DNA of 50,999 nt from Catajapyx aquilonaris (Eukaryota), in contig JYFJ02000720.1 in assembly GCA_000934665.2 (NCBI GenBank), positions 62,001 through 112,999 of the forward strand. Reading direction: 5' to 3'. The translations under genes and the position numbers were made by a program. Below the pieces are notes generated by a model, which saw only the letters and a program-made list of their open reading frames with translations, was not told the DNA's origin and searched no databases. The first letter of the stretch is position 1; each line of letters starts with the position of its first letter. Positions 26,066-38,500 of this stretch are shown here, piece after piece.

Positions 26066-26834
26066 ATAAAGATAAAAGGTGGTAGAAAAACCCACATCAG
26101 AGACTCTTGATTTATCTGGTAGACACGGCTATATATTTCCGGGAAGTGAAGGTTTCGCCTTGTAGACTCGCACCCTAGATATAATATATCTGCAGACAAA
26201 CATGTGCACGCTCACATTACGATGCGGTTTACCTTTCAACGCGATTTTATCGCGCATTAATTATAATGAGTGGAGAGATATTTATTGGGCCGAAGACCCA
26301 CGTTGCTGGGGGTGACCCCAACAAGACAGGAGTGTCTTCCAAAGTACAGCTTCCAGATTATCTAGGACGTAATTGGCACATACTGGGGCCTTATTAATGC
26401 GATGTGAATTTAGTGTTACCTGATCCTGAGCGATTCTGCCAGTTGAGAGATTACATCATTTGGCCGTTTCGCTCCCTGAAAATTATTTAAAACTTGGGCC
26501 CACATTTCTCAAACGTGTATGATAATTACTGGGGGGATGGTAACGCTGCCGTTGCCCCCCCGTCGGTACATCCTTGGGTACACTGTTGATGAATGGGGCT
26601 TGTAATATGTTGAAATCAGTGACTGAGGACCTCATTTTATAGCTCGTGGCAAGTCTGTTTCAACTAGTTAACCTTTCTCGATAATTACAGTGTGTCGGTC
26701 AGCCAAACCGGAGAAGGGTATGACGGCTCGTCTCAATCTTGTTTACTCGGACAAATGCGAATATTCCAGCCCTAACAGTACAATAAAAAATATTCAGTTG
26801 AACGAACTCAAAGTAACGTTTCATTCAACCTGAA

Positions 26835-27258
26835 CTAGCAGGGGACCCGTTCTTCGGTGATTGATAAATAAATGAAATCTGGGCCCCAATTGCCGAAGAT
26901 GAGACACCAAATAAGAAATTCTAAATTTTAGGTATTTAGACTCAAGAAAGTGTAGTTTTGGGACTTTTTCCTGAATCGGCAGCACGTAAGCCAACAGGGT
27001 GCCAAGTTTCAGGACTCTCAGTAGTCCGGAAGTAAGTTAGGTACAGTCCTTACCCCAAAGAACGATCTGACGTCACGTTCAGCCCCGCCTCTACCCGGCT
27101 TTCTTCCAATCATGTCCCCGAATCGTTATGCATACTACTGCGCATGCTCAGATAACACGGCTGGTGTGACGTCAGATCGTTCTTTGGTTTAACAGACTGT
27201 ATGCTCCGTAACATACATATACAACAAAATTTCTGCTTTCTTTATGTATGTAAGAAGA
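26835..27258 (-). mobile_element. Non-autonomous Helitron-like element, copy 2 (short)
   Basis: It has the same CTAG-end sequence as copy 1, with the second hairpin arm lost. The A^TC start is at 27259/27258. It shares subterminal blocks with 2880-2975 and is interrupted by a MITE. Confidence 0.72.
27044..27199. mobile_element. MITE with about 35-40 bp TIRs and TA TSD, nested in Helitron copy 2
   Basis: TA|CAGTC...CCAAAGAACGATCTGACGTCAC at the left pairs with GTGACGTCAGATCGTTCTTTGG...GACTG|TA at the right. TA flanks are at 27042-27043 and 27200-27201. Confidence 0.88.
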
Positions 27259-27933
27259 TTATTCAATATTTTATGAGCAAATGAGTCAACTAACCTTTGG
27301 ACTAAAAATCTACCTGTACAAGTGTCCTACAGGTAGGACGCTAGGCAAGCTGGTATTTTACAGTGTACCACCCTGTAGCAGCCTAATTGCGAATTCGGTC
27401 GCTAATTATTTCTCGATCCACACACTGCTGTGTTACGTCTCCAATTAGGCCATTTGGCGCCTTAAATTTGACCTACAAATCACAGGTTGTGGCATGCATG
27501 CATAAGTAAGCCATTCCTCACGGGCTGCCAGGTTCACAGTGGTGGTCATCACACACCGGCTGGATTAGCCAGGTCCAGAAAAAAATTTATTCGAGAACAA
27601 TTTGAGTCGTGATTGTTGGAGCCGGATATCTAGAGGGACGCATTCATTAGACCCTTATAGACGTCCAGAGCCCCCGTGCCTTCCATTTGTTTCAGTGGAC
27701 AGATATTAATGCGATGTATCGGCCCGGTGGCAGCCACACATCGCGTGACTTCAAATGTCCGGAGGGGGGATGGTTTGACCAAATGCGTGTCCTTCCTGTG
27801 ACCTTTGACCCTGGGAATCGTCGATGAGATAAGAGACCCGAGCGCGTATCCGTGGCTCCGGTTTTTACCCGGTCGCTTTAAAAGTTGAGGCTGGGGTGCT
27901 CACCCCCGCATGAATCCTATTGAAAATGTAGCC

Positions 27934-27970
27934 TACAGGGTGAGTCAGAAAGGTTTTGACACACCATGTA
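27934..27970 (+). mobile_element. Tc1/mariner-like TIR remnant or highly deleted MITE
   Basis: TACAGGGTGAGTCAGAAAGGTTTTGACACACCATGTA is self-complementary (TACA.GGTG.GTCA / TGAC.CACC.TGTA). Confidence 0.55.
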
Positions 27971-30900
27971 CTACATGTGGGTGCGATATTATCTCTCGAG
28001 GAAGTGTCTTCTCCCCTGTCATTACCAACACCCGTGTCCTTGCCCAAGGTATAAAATTATTTAAATAATAAAAAGGCAGTCGCCATCTTGTACTTACTAA
28101 TGGGCGCCATATACTCGGAATGGAAAAAACCGGGCGGAGGGAATTACCACTTCCTGACCTTCCTTGTCAGATGAAGAGAAGGGCGGGGGTGGCAAGGGGA
28201 AATTACCACTCGGGAATTAGTGGTTCGAGGGCGGAGATATTGGCAGGACCCAACGATGATGCTGCAGGTGCATCTTCCAGTGGGTGCCATAGAATCAACT
28301 TTATGGTACGCACAAACAATGAGTACGGATCTTTTCCTTAATCAAATCCGAGATTCTCGTAATTAGTCAAGCACGTGCCGAAAATGGCACTACGTTGCGC
28401 CCCTCCCTGGACATCATCTCTGGAGGAGCCCTGCCCTTCTTGTGTCCCGCGAAGAAGTGAAGGGGCCACGCGGCCGGCGTGCGCGTGACAGCCCCATGCC
28501 GCGCACACTTCCTTCCATAGAAAGATACACGAAAAAAAAATGTTCTTTCTTCAAGCTGCCGGCACTTCGGACCACCGCACTTTGGCCCAAAATCTCAGTG
28601 TTACGCGTCATTTAACTATGGTAACGGTACAGTTGGTGACAATGTAGCCTGGGAAGGCACGAATGGCCCGGAGGTCTGAGGATTTGGGTGCCCACGCTGG
28701 CAACGTCGACCCTGGCAGCAGAGACGGATGCGGAGGTCAGGCGAGGTCAGCTCTGGCTGCCAATCCGCAATCGCTTTTGCCCAAACAATCAGGGAGGGAC
28801 CAACCTGTCTTGTTTCCACCCTCCCATTCATCTCCGGCCCCGCCGAATAATCCCATCCTGTCCCCAGCCAGCCTCGACCTTAGCCTAGGAGGACCTCCAT
28901 TCATGAAAGAAGATTTTTGCCTCGTTCAAAAGACACGATCCTCTTTCATCCCTCCATTCAAGTCTTTGGAACACGTGGGCTCAAACCAGACACTCTAGCG
29001 CTGGTCACTATATTGCAGCCAAGAAAGATGGACAACTTCTATTAATGTGCATTGTGCATTTTTTGAGGCCAACGGTACGTGGGAATGAATATTAATGGGC
29101 AAATCTACATAAAAATAAATATTCATGGATTCATATTTTTCGTGGTAAAACTTTCAACTCACTGGCAAGTTCTGCCTACCTTTTTGACAATTAACTGCAT
29201 AAAACATCGGACCGGGAAAAACTAATTATTTTGGCTTTTTGTTTCTGAAACCTTTCCACGTACAACCTGCGATAACACCAGCTAATAGAAAATTACGTAA
29301 TTTCGTGTTTTTTTGGACTGGACACCATGATATCCGCCCAACCCCATTGTTCTTTTGCTCGAGCAAGAGTTACACCATTATTAACGCCTATAAAAATGGC
29401 TGGCGTTAAAAGGTTCTTCAATTGTATCGATGAGTTGCTGACAAAACAATTGCTCCTCACTACAGTCCTCCTCTTTGCCTTATTGGGCACCCATGTTCGA
29501 GGTCATAGGTGCGAGGTGAGCCCCAAAAAATAGAGGCGTTTGGGAGTGACTCTTCTCCGCCTTCGAACATTTCCCCCCCTCTCCTCTTGTATAGCACTCT
29601 TTCTTCCAAGATGCGTCACCCTTCATACATCATTTTGGATTTTGCCTCGAGGGACGTTGAGCTTCCCCCTTCGGAGAAGCAGAAGGATGAAGAGATCGAA
29701 GGTCTCTGTCTGATGGACACGAGATGATGCAGCCAGACTCTACAAGCGACGGTGCGTGTAGTCCAGCTCAACAGTAGAGGGTTTTGCCCCAAAAGAGCGG
29801 TAACCTTTGCGTGCTGCAAATGAATCCGTTTAATTGGAGGGGAGTGGCCGGTATTCCCTATGTCCAATGCAGCACCGTGCAATGAATTGGCTCCGGTTTA
29901 TCACGCCTTTAAACACGCACATGTAACTGACCGCAATTGTTGTTGGATAGTCATTCAGATCGTCCATAAAATTGTTATAGCCAAGGAGTGAAATAAATTC
30001 ACTTATTATTTGAACATACAATAACCGCAATTTGTAAATTACAATAGTCAGAGTCAGATTAGATCAGCTTTTGTAACCGTCATTATATTACCCCTTTGAC
30101 ATGAATGGCCATTTGAAACAATGTTCCCCTGTCCAGATGGACGAAAAAACGGGCCCCCTGAAGTGGTAAACCCCCCTCCTTTCCTCTTCAACCTCCCCCC
30201 CCCCCTCCCACCATATTTGAAAGGCCTGCCACTTGCTGCACCAGCAATGTTACAACGACCAACGCGGCCTGCCCGCCTTGGAATCCGCCCTTCTTTTATG
30301 TGTTAATTAAGAGATGTCACGTGCGTTCGGCGTATGCTAATCAATGCAATAAAATTGTCATCCTAAGGCCTGCCCGCCCACTAAGGGATCGGTCTTTCTT
30401 CTGCATATTGTACCTGATGACCATTGAAAAAAAAATAAGGCGACATGTAACAATGTCTTTCGCCAGAATGAGTCAGAGTTTAGCAATTTTGAAACTGGGT
30501 CAATCGAGTTGCTTTATCGGGAAAAGTTATTAACCTCGGCAAAACCTTACAATAGCAATCAGGCAGGACCATGGGCCGGGTCGCAGCTCGTGGTTGTTGG
30601 CTCCAGAACACCGAATATGGGTATTTGATTGAACAGAAAAACAATCGGGATGAGTCACCTTTAAAAATGAGTTTTTGCGTGGTTATACTTATGGTTTCTT
30701 GGAAATAATTGGCGAACCATCCTTAGAACAGGGCGGAATTTGGCCTTACCTTCGTCCCGACCTCTATATTTAGGAAATCAAAACCCTTCGTCGTTTGAAA
30801 CGGACTGTCCAGAGTTGAGAACGGGTTTAGATGTTATCACTCATGGTTTATGCTCAATCCTGATTCTCCTGAAAAGCTTTTGGTACCAAAGGGAACGTAA

Positions 30901-32237
30901 ATGTCAAGCGAGAAGCCATGATGTACGCTCCGTTTCTCCCGATGATTTACAAAAATGACTCACCTTTACATCAATCACACTCTTGACCAACCGATTCTAG
31001 GCCAACCAGTAGAAAGCGCAAGTTCTAAATCTGTCACTATCCCCTGTTAATTGCGACCAAAACTGTGCTTTTATTGACTGTGGAAACACGATTGGTATAC
31101 AAGTGTAGAATGCTAAAAACTGTCTGCCTCAGGGTGGTCTAGATCTATTCAAAGACACAATGCAGGTCGTATTCAACCTTAGAAACGAACTAATGTCAGA
31201 ATCAGCAACAATGTTCAATTCTGACCAAAAAATAATTGAATTACATATTGAAGAGACTTGAAATTTTGTGCATCTCCAGCAATAGTCCCTGTGACCATTT
31301 AGAAAAACTTTCGCTCCAATCTGGCCCCAGGAGAGGTTGTAAGAATATAAAAAAAAGGAGAAGAGAAGAAGGGAGGGCGTCCGCTCCAAATGACAGGCTG
31401 GCCGGGACGGAACTCGGTAATTATCCAGCCCCTTCGTGCACGAAGCATTAGGCACGCTGGCCCGCGCCATGTTTCCAAGTGACCAAAAGCCAACAAAAAA
31501 AAAAGAAGAAGAGGGAAGAGTGTGCTTTGCAAGAGAAAAAGATGGACCATTGCGCAAAGTGTCGTGAGCCATGATTTTTTACACCCTTTTGTCCACGTGT
31601 AAGCAGAATAATGACGCAGTGGTATTGGCATCACCTGCCAACGTACAGCAAACAAGACGTGGAGCCGAAAAGGAGCGCACAAGGAGCCACATTATTCCTT
31701 TGGACATGGTGCCGACTCGACACTCGGAACCCACAACTGCCACTCACACCGGGTCTTCAAAGAGAGATATCTGCCTACTTGGGATGGGGTTCAATGGAGG
31801 CCCCCCTTCAGTTGGCACCACTCCCTTGAAACGTTGAAAGACCTTACACCTCCCTTGGGTGACAAATTAAGCCTTGGTATTCGAATTTAAAGCATCGTGT
31901 GTGCACCATCCGGGAGTATGGTGTTTGACGAATAATGGAAAAGTTGGAGGTTCGGGGTGGTCCCTTTTAGCGTGGCACCGAAACTGAATGCAGATCCTTG
32001 GCGTCCCACCGCGAAACCTCCTAAAGAAGCTTCATTATCCATTCGTCCATTGACATCGCGGCATGGATGGGGCACACGTGTTTCGAGTATCAACTCTGCA
32101 GAAAGAGGCATCATTCATTCCTTAAGGGCGTCTTAGGTGGGGGGGAGGAAGGAGGTGGAATCTCTAAATGACTTTGTGCGTCGAGGGTTGGACTTGTGGG
32201 TGACACTGCGACGTGCTGTCTAACCATCAGAGACTAC

Positions 32238-32550
32238 TACACAGTGAGGGGAAACAACTTGAGTAATTTCAATCAATTAGTACTGGTGCATACAGTGTCA
32301 AAATGCATAAAAATATTCATTTGGGGCATAATTCACTAAACGCATCTAATGAATTAAAAATATGCACTAATCAGCATAATTATATATATCGCAGGCTACT
32401 GCACAAATAGTATCAATTGTGTGCATAAAATTAGTTGGAATAGTGAATAATTTCATGCAATATACGCATCTGCTTATTTTATGAATTTTAAATTGTCAGT
32501 GTTGGGGACACATTCAACGTTGAAACTATGCTGTAAACTCTTACAGTGTA
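32238..32550. repeat. AT-rich degenerate inverted repeat (old MITE)
   Basis: Local AT-rich island with tacacagt...acagtgta ends and loosely complementary arms (aaaatgcataaaa/ttttatgaatttt, taattcacta/tagtgaataa). Confidence 0.35.
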
Positions 32551-35500
32551 TTACACATTCTGTGAAATAATTAAGTCTGGTGCACGAAACGACATTCAGA
32601 CTGAATAACTAGAACTCGTAAGGAGATCATAAATTATCAAGATGCGAACTTCATCGCCTCAATTCTTTTCTGAACCAAGTCTCTCACCTTCTGGGAGCAA
32701 AGCCACACTCCTACCTTTGATAATTAAGGTGTAAAGAATCATTTAAGTGGTCTGAGAATTATCATCACAATCTAAGGGTTTGAGCCTGGTACAAATTGCA
32801 AGATAATTGCGAGCTCTCCTGTAAGGTAAAAAAGTGGTCATGGGCTGGTGAACCACCGCGATTTGAAGGAATGGAAAACCCAGCCAGGCCATCCAGATTA
32901 TACTAATGAGAATAGTGCCCCGCCATTTTTCTTCTGGCGCCCAGTAAATCCGTTAATATTTTATTTCGCGCTTTTCAGTGCCGTTTCCAAACGGCATTTA
33001 ATTTACTGCAGATTCTCGTTCACATCCCAGGTCACGCCCAGATGACACTAGGGATAAGTGTGAAACATTGCAGTTCCGGCTGGACCCAAAGAGTTCTTTG
33101 CTCTCTCTGAGGTGAGCAGTGTGTATGATGGATGCTCGGAGAGGCCGGACATCGCTTAATCTTATTGACAGGGCCTTGGCGACTGGTGGCTTCGGTGATC
33201 CTCAAAGCCTTCCCTCCCTGGGCTCCTCGGCCGTTGCTTTTTGAATCATCGCTCATGTAGCAGCATCCCGAGCAATCCATCACGGTCCAGATTACGATTT
33301 GTCATCGACAGGCATTGACAGCAGGCGCATCCGATGCCTTCTTCCCGCCAGCAAGCCAACGCCGAGAGGAAAATAAATACTGTGATTGATATTAGCGTCA
33401 TAGAGGAAATAATTATCCGACCGATTATACTCCAATCATTCCAACGTGCGTGCAAAAATATCCTTCCGCCTATAGGAGATGCACTGGGGCTAAAGTATAG
33501 TTCCACGTTGTCGTGTACCTACCAATGATGATTTTACGCGTATATTCAATTGTGAAAATAAATAAAACAGTTGTGAACTGAGGGCATTTTCTTCGTACCA
33601 TCATGTGGAGTGTTTTCAGGACAGGAGTCATACCTTAGCTCCCGAGTGTCTTCCGCGGGCTTCATATTTGCAGCTTCAAACTGGGCTGCCGAGTGGTTTG
33701 AAAAATAGACCGGCGGCGATGAAAGGCGAACAGCAGGAGGTTCCTTCTTCTCTCAAAGCCTCGGGGATCCTTGACCTGTCAAAACCACTCGGCTTTCCCG
33801 ATGAACGTGTGCACGACTTACAAGAGTGTATCAGCTTGTGGGGCTAATTTTGAAGACTCACGAGGCTTTCTCTAAGGAGTACATATCATTTTGCGGAGTG
33901 CTCAAATAATCTATTTCCATTTCGGAGGCGCCCTCTAGGGGCCGGCTGATGAAGTAACCGTTATCCGCTGCCATGTGTGAGGTCCACCAAAAACCAGATC
34001 CCATTAAAACCTGAGGGGCTTCCAATCCATGGCCCAAATCTGGACACATTATGGGAGCAACCAAGCAGTTCCATATTTTAAGAGCTTCCGGACTTTTAAT
34101 TAGATCTGGTTATCTGTACAAGACGTACAGGCCAGTCCGGTTGAGAGTCGCCACCTTGGGACAACCTTGATATTGACGATTGCACGGACAGATATTTTAC
34201 TATTAGGCCATCTGATCGGATTATCAGCGTTAAAAAAACCGGGACTTGTTGGCTAAGAGCCCAGTTGGTTCATTAGGTTCCTGCAGCTCCTTCGGAATCG
34301 AAATGGGATTAATGAGAAGCCTTCCTATTTCAAAGAAGCTGTGTGGATAGCCCGCTAAGTCTCGTTCTGAACAAATTAAAGATCCGGGAGGTTGATGTCT
34401 TTATCTGGATCCGAGGCTGCATTTTAAGCTCATCAGGTAGGTAATAACATAACGGAAGAGTATCGATAATAGGGCTAGGAATCTGTTTATTTTCCAAGGA
34501 CCCCCTCAAAGTCGCCCTTCCAAACTGATACAATCCTCACGACTTGGCCGGAAGGTTACAAGCATCTTCCATTACTACCACTTACATCTAATATTCCAGA
34601 TGTCACTGCCCGATACGTGGTCACTTTTTGGCCTCCTGATTGGCAAAGCACGCTTTTGTGATGTCCATACCCGGTTAGACACGTATGATTAATGGACACA
34701 GGACCAGGGGAGCTCTATTGAGCAGAGAGGATCAATGGACATTTCTACTTCTTATCTAAGCGACAGGATGTGTGTTGGGAATGAAAGTTATTTATCTCCA
34801 GATTGACTTATGCACGGTTGTGCATGGTCCACCACTATTTTTTTTATTGCTCGGGTCTGTCACCTAGTGTTGGGCGTCTCGGGGCCAGTATCGTCTTACG
34901 AGAGATTTGGGTTGTTTTTATGGTTTGGTGGAGCGTCACCTTCCACTTTGGGCAGCCATTCGCCCCCGCGAGGTCACAGGTCTATTGGGAAAGGAACCCC
35001 GAACACCCATCCTTTCATCGATCAAACTTGGCTATTTACGGCCAACGGGACACGATGCGTCAGTATAATACACGTACGAAGGTGTGCAGGAAGGGCGTTT
35101 CTAGGTACCGACACCTCCAGGGCTCGTCGCTCATTCGCCCTTGTAAGTCACTAACTCTAGGGTTGAGGGGGTGACTCTTCGTTGCAAAAAAAATTTTGCA
35201 AAAGAAAAAGGCCTGACTCCTTTCGTGACTCTTTTCACTCCTTCGGCCTCACTTCGTGGGTGGCACATTAGCAAAACTCAAGGGCTGTCCGGCCCTACAC
35301 TTGGAGCAATTTGCAAACCGATGCTATTCAAAAATGCTTCGGGTCTAGCGACCGGTTAGTTCGTGTTTTTTGAAGGTATGTATAATGCATCACTGGGTTT
35401 CGGGTCTTCTCCTTAGGGCCTAGGCGACACTTCTCGCCCAGAAAACTGGCTTATCTGCGCATCATCGATGGCGGGCTGCTTATTCGGTATTCCGGATTTC

Positions 35501-38500
35501 TCATTGTGTGGCGCCACACAAACCTCACGTGATTAATCCTCCTTCGGCACGTAGGAAGTTTTCTTCATTAGCTTAGCAATAAGCAATCTCTCAGCTTCAG
35601 AAAAAATAAAAGGCCCAACAAAAAGAAGAGGGTGATTGATTTAGAAACGCTGCTTCCTTCCAAATTAGTGCAAGGGACAAAGACAATACTGCTACCGGCC
35701 GTAAAAAAATAAGTATAAAAAACTGGGGATCCACGTAAGGCAACAATTTATGACGATAATAATTGGGCAAGCAATATTGAAGCGCCCAATAATCCTCAAC
35801 CTGTCAAACCCCACCGAATCTCGTATAACAAAGGGATTCGGTCGCCACCACCTTCCAAAAATGGAAGTTGTCATGAGAATATTTTACTCTTAACTGCCGG
35901 ACAGCAGCTGTCCAAAAAGAACAATACGCGTTAATTAAGAGCGCGACAGTGATAAATAATTAGAATCGGATGATAATCGGCCTGGTTGTGGTTGCAAAGC
36001 AGGGCCCAACTGGATGGGTGGGCGTGAATACAAACACTAGAAAAAAAACCTAAGGAAAAATGATGAGACTTGTGGTGTTTTATGAGCGTCTTGGAATTGG
36101 ACGAAGAAGTGCGATCTGGTAACGAGCTTGGAAATGTCCACGTAAGCACAGCCTGCTTCTGAAATGAGGGTTTGCCTCGAGCATAATCTTTCCCCATACA
36201 TACGCCTACAAATCTGCAAGGACTTGCATATGGTTCGTTGGCACCGAAAGTAAATTAGGTCGGCCTTTTCGGTGCAGGCGTCAAGTTCAGACAAACTCAT
36301 ATATCCGTATTTTAAAAAAGAAGAGTTACCCATATTTTAGGAGCGGTGCTTTAAGTTCTTCGGGGTCGCTCCGTTGGCCTTTCATAATATATCATTTGTT
36401 TCGTGAACTGACGAAGAGGTTTTTGTCGGGCGTCTCCCACGTGGAAGACCTACACTCCAGTAAATAATTGCAGTCCCAGCAGCTAATCTCATACTGATCG
36501 TCGTATTTATTTATTTCACTGATTGTCGCCGATTTTTCAGATTCAGAATCACAAGTGAGTTTTGCACTTTATGGTAGCATTCTACTGAGAACAACATTAG
36601 AAGCAGCAGCTACGCCGTTCTATAGATGCACTATACGAGGCAGAGAATCGAAACAATGTATTCCCTTATAAAGGATACTTTGTACTCGGCGACAGGTTTC
36701 ATCAGAGTGCATATCTTTCAGATGCATTCGCAGTGCTTATCTCAATCAGCTCTAATTATTTCTCTTTGTATCCTCCAGAGGTGAGGACCAAAATTAATTA
36801 ACAAGATATCCTCTTAGTATCACCTTCACGCGCATCAGAAAGAGAGTACCAGACGGCCTAGAATTCAAGCTGTCTCTTTCAGTTAATGATATAATTTTAG
36901 ATTAAGAGACAGCGGCTGATGAGAAGGCCCGTCTAATTAGCCAGAGTGTCTTTGATGCTTTCACTCCAAATGACCACCAGCATCTTCCCTAGGTTTATTT
37001 TTTTCTCTCTCCTTCGTTCTTCTTCTGGGGTGTCCCGCCACTTCTTATATATACCCCCAGAGGATGAAAAGGTCTATTCCCACGTACGGTCGGTGGTTAA
37101 TGGCGAACCCTGGTACGGGGCCCATATCCTCATTTCCCCTTATCATTATTACGCGTCACTCCAGAGCATGCATGGGGCCAGATGGAATCCGCTGGGAGGG
37201 GGTTGCCTACCATCGCCCCGGGGCCGGACCCCAGCCCTTGTCACTCTCTGGCCGGCAAACAGGTGATGTCCCAAGCTCTTTTTGAGGTCATCGACGGATC
37301 GGATAATATGCTAAACGGGGCTGGGTTACCTGTAACGGTGGTATAAACAGAGTGAGGACAATGGAGAGAGGCGTACAGGTCAGGTCGATCAGGCTTACAC
37401 CGGTATTGGGGGAACCCAACCCATTATATGGAAAGACATTTCGTCAAAAGCCGAGTGTCTTTTGCATGAGGGGTAGGCCCAGGAGGAGAGCTCATCAACG
37501 TCCATCACACAGAGATGGACTGTGGTTCGGGTTCTGGAAGGACAGGGCACGGCGGGGGTGGTGGCAAGCAGGCCTCGTAATTGTGTCGACCTCAAAAATC
37601 GGCAAGAACCAGCCCAGCCCGTGTGGCCTCAGTCCATTAAGGCAACCTTATGAGTCTTCAGGACAGAGTGTGGCGGACTTATCATCCTGCTCCTTGGTCG
37701 CAAAGGAAAGCGACGTCCCTGGTGACAAACCCTGGTGTCAAGACGGACACCGAGGCAGCGAATTGTGGACTGGACTTGAGGCTCAACATTTCCTTTCATT
37801 AAAGCCCGTTGATGAAAAATCCCGTGGGATGAAGCCAGTATCTCCCAGCAGCGTTTCTTTTCGGCGAAAGACTTGAATTCTTAAGTGCGCTTTGGCCAAA
37901 GAAGCGTGCGTTTTAATTTGTTCGTGGCATGTCGAGTTTCTTGCTTTCACGAGCCAACCTCATTAACGTCCATCACGACCCTTGTACCAAAGCCTTGATC
38001 TTCCTTTGAGGGGCCGGGCACGCGATGCAGGACTCTTTTTCTTCGCGAGAATAAAACCAATGGCAAATTAGGCTCCAAACGAAACAAGAGATTATGAAAC
38101 GAGCGTAAATAACCCTCGGCGAAACAATAGAACATGTCACGAAAGATATTTGAAGCCAGTACAGAAGGGAAAGGCGACTGATTATCACTTGTGTGTTTCT
38201 AAGGTCACCTCCTGGAAGCGTGGGGAACCCATTCATGCCCAGAGGCCATCGAGTCAAGAGCAATACATTTTTATCACCATTTCCAGCGAAGACAAGGTCC
38301 GTGCACCCTACAAGCCGTGACCTGGTGCGTCGACATGAGGTCCTCCGAGAACAATGGCCAAGAGAGACGTCATGCGGTCTTCCTACATCATGTCCCGGAG
38401 ACTGGAAATTTGGCGACGTCCAGCTGATACCTGCAGGGGTGCAGCATCCCCTACTGGATTGGGTCAAGGAGAAGGTCGCCACAGGGGGGGTCCTTCCATC

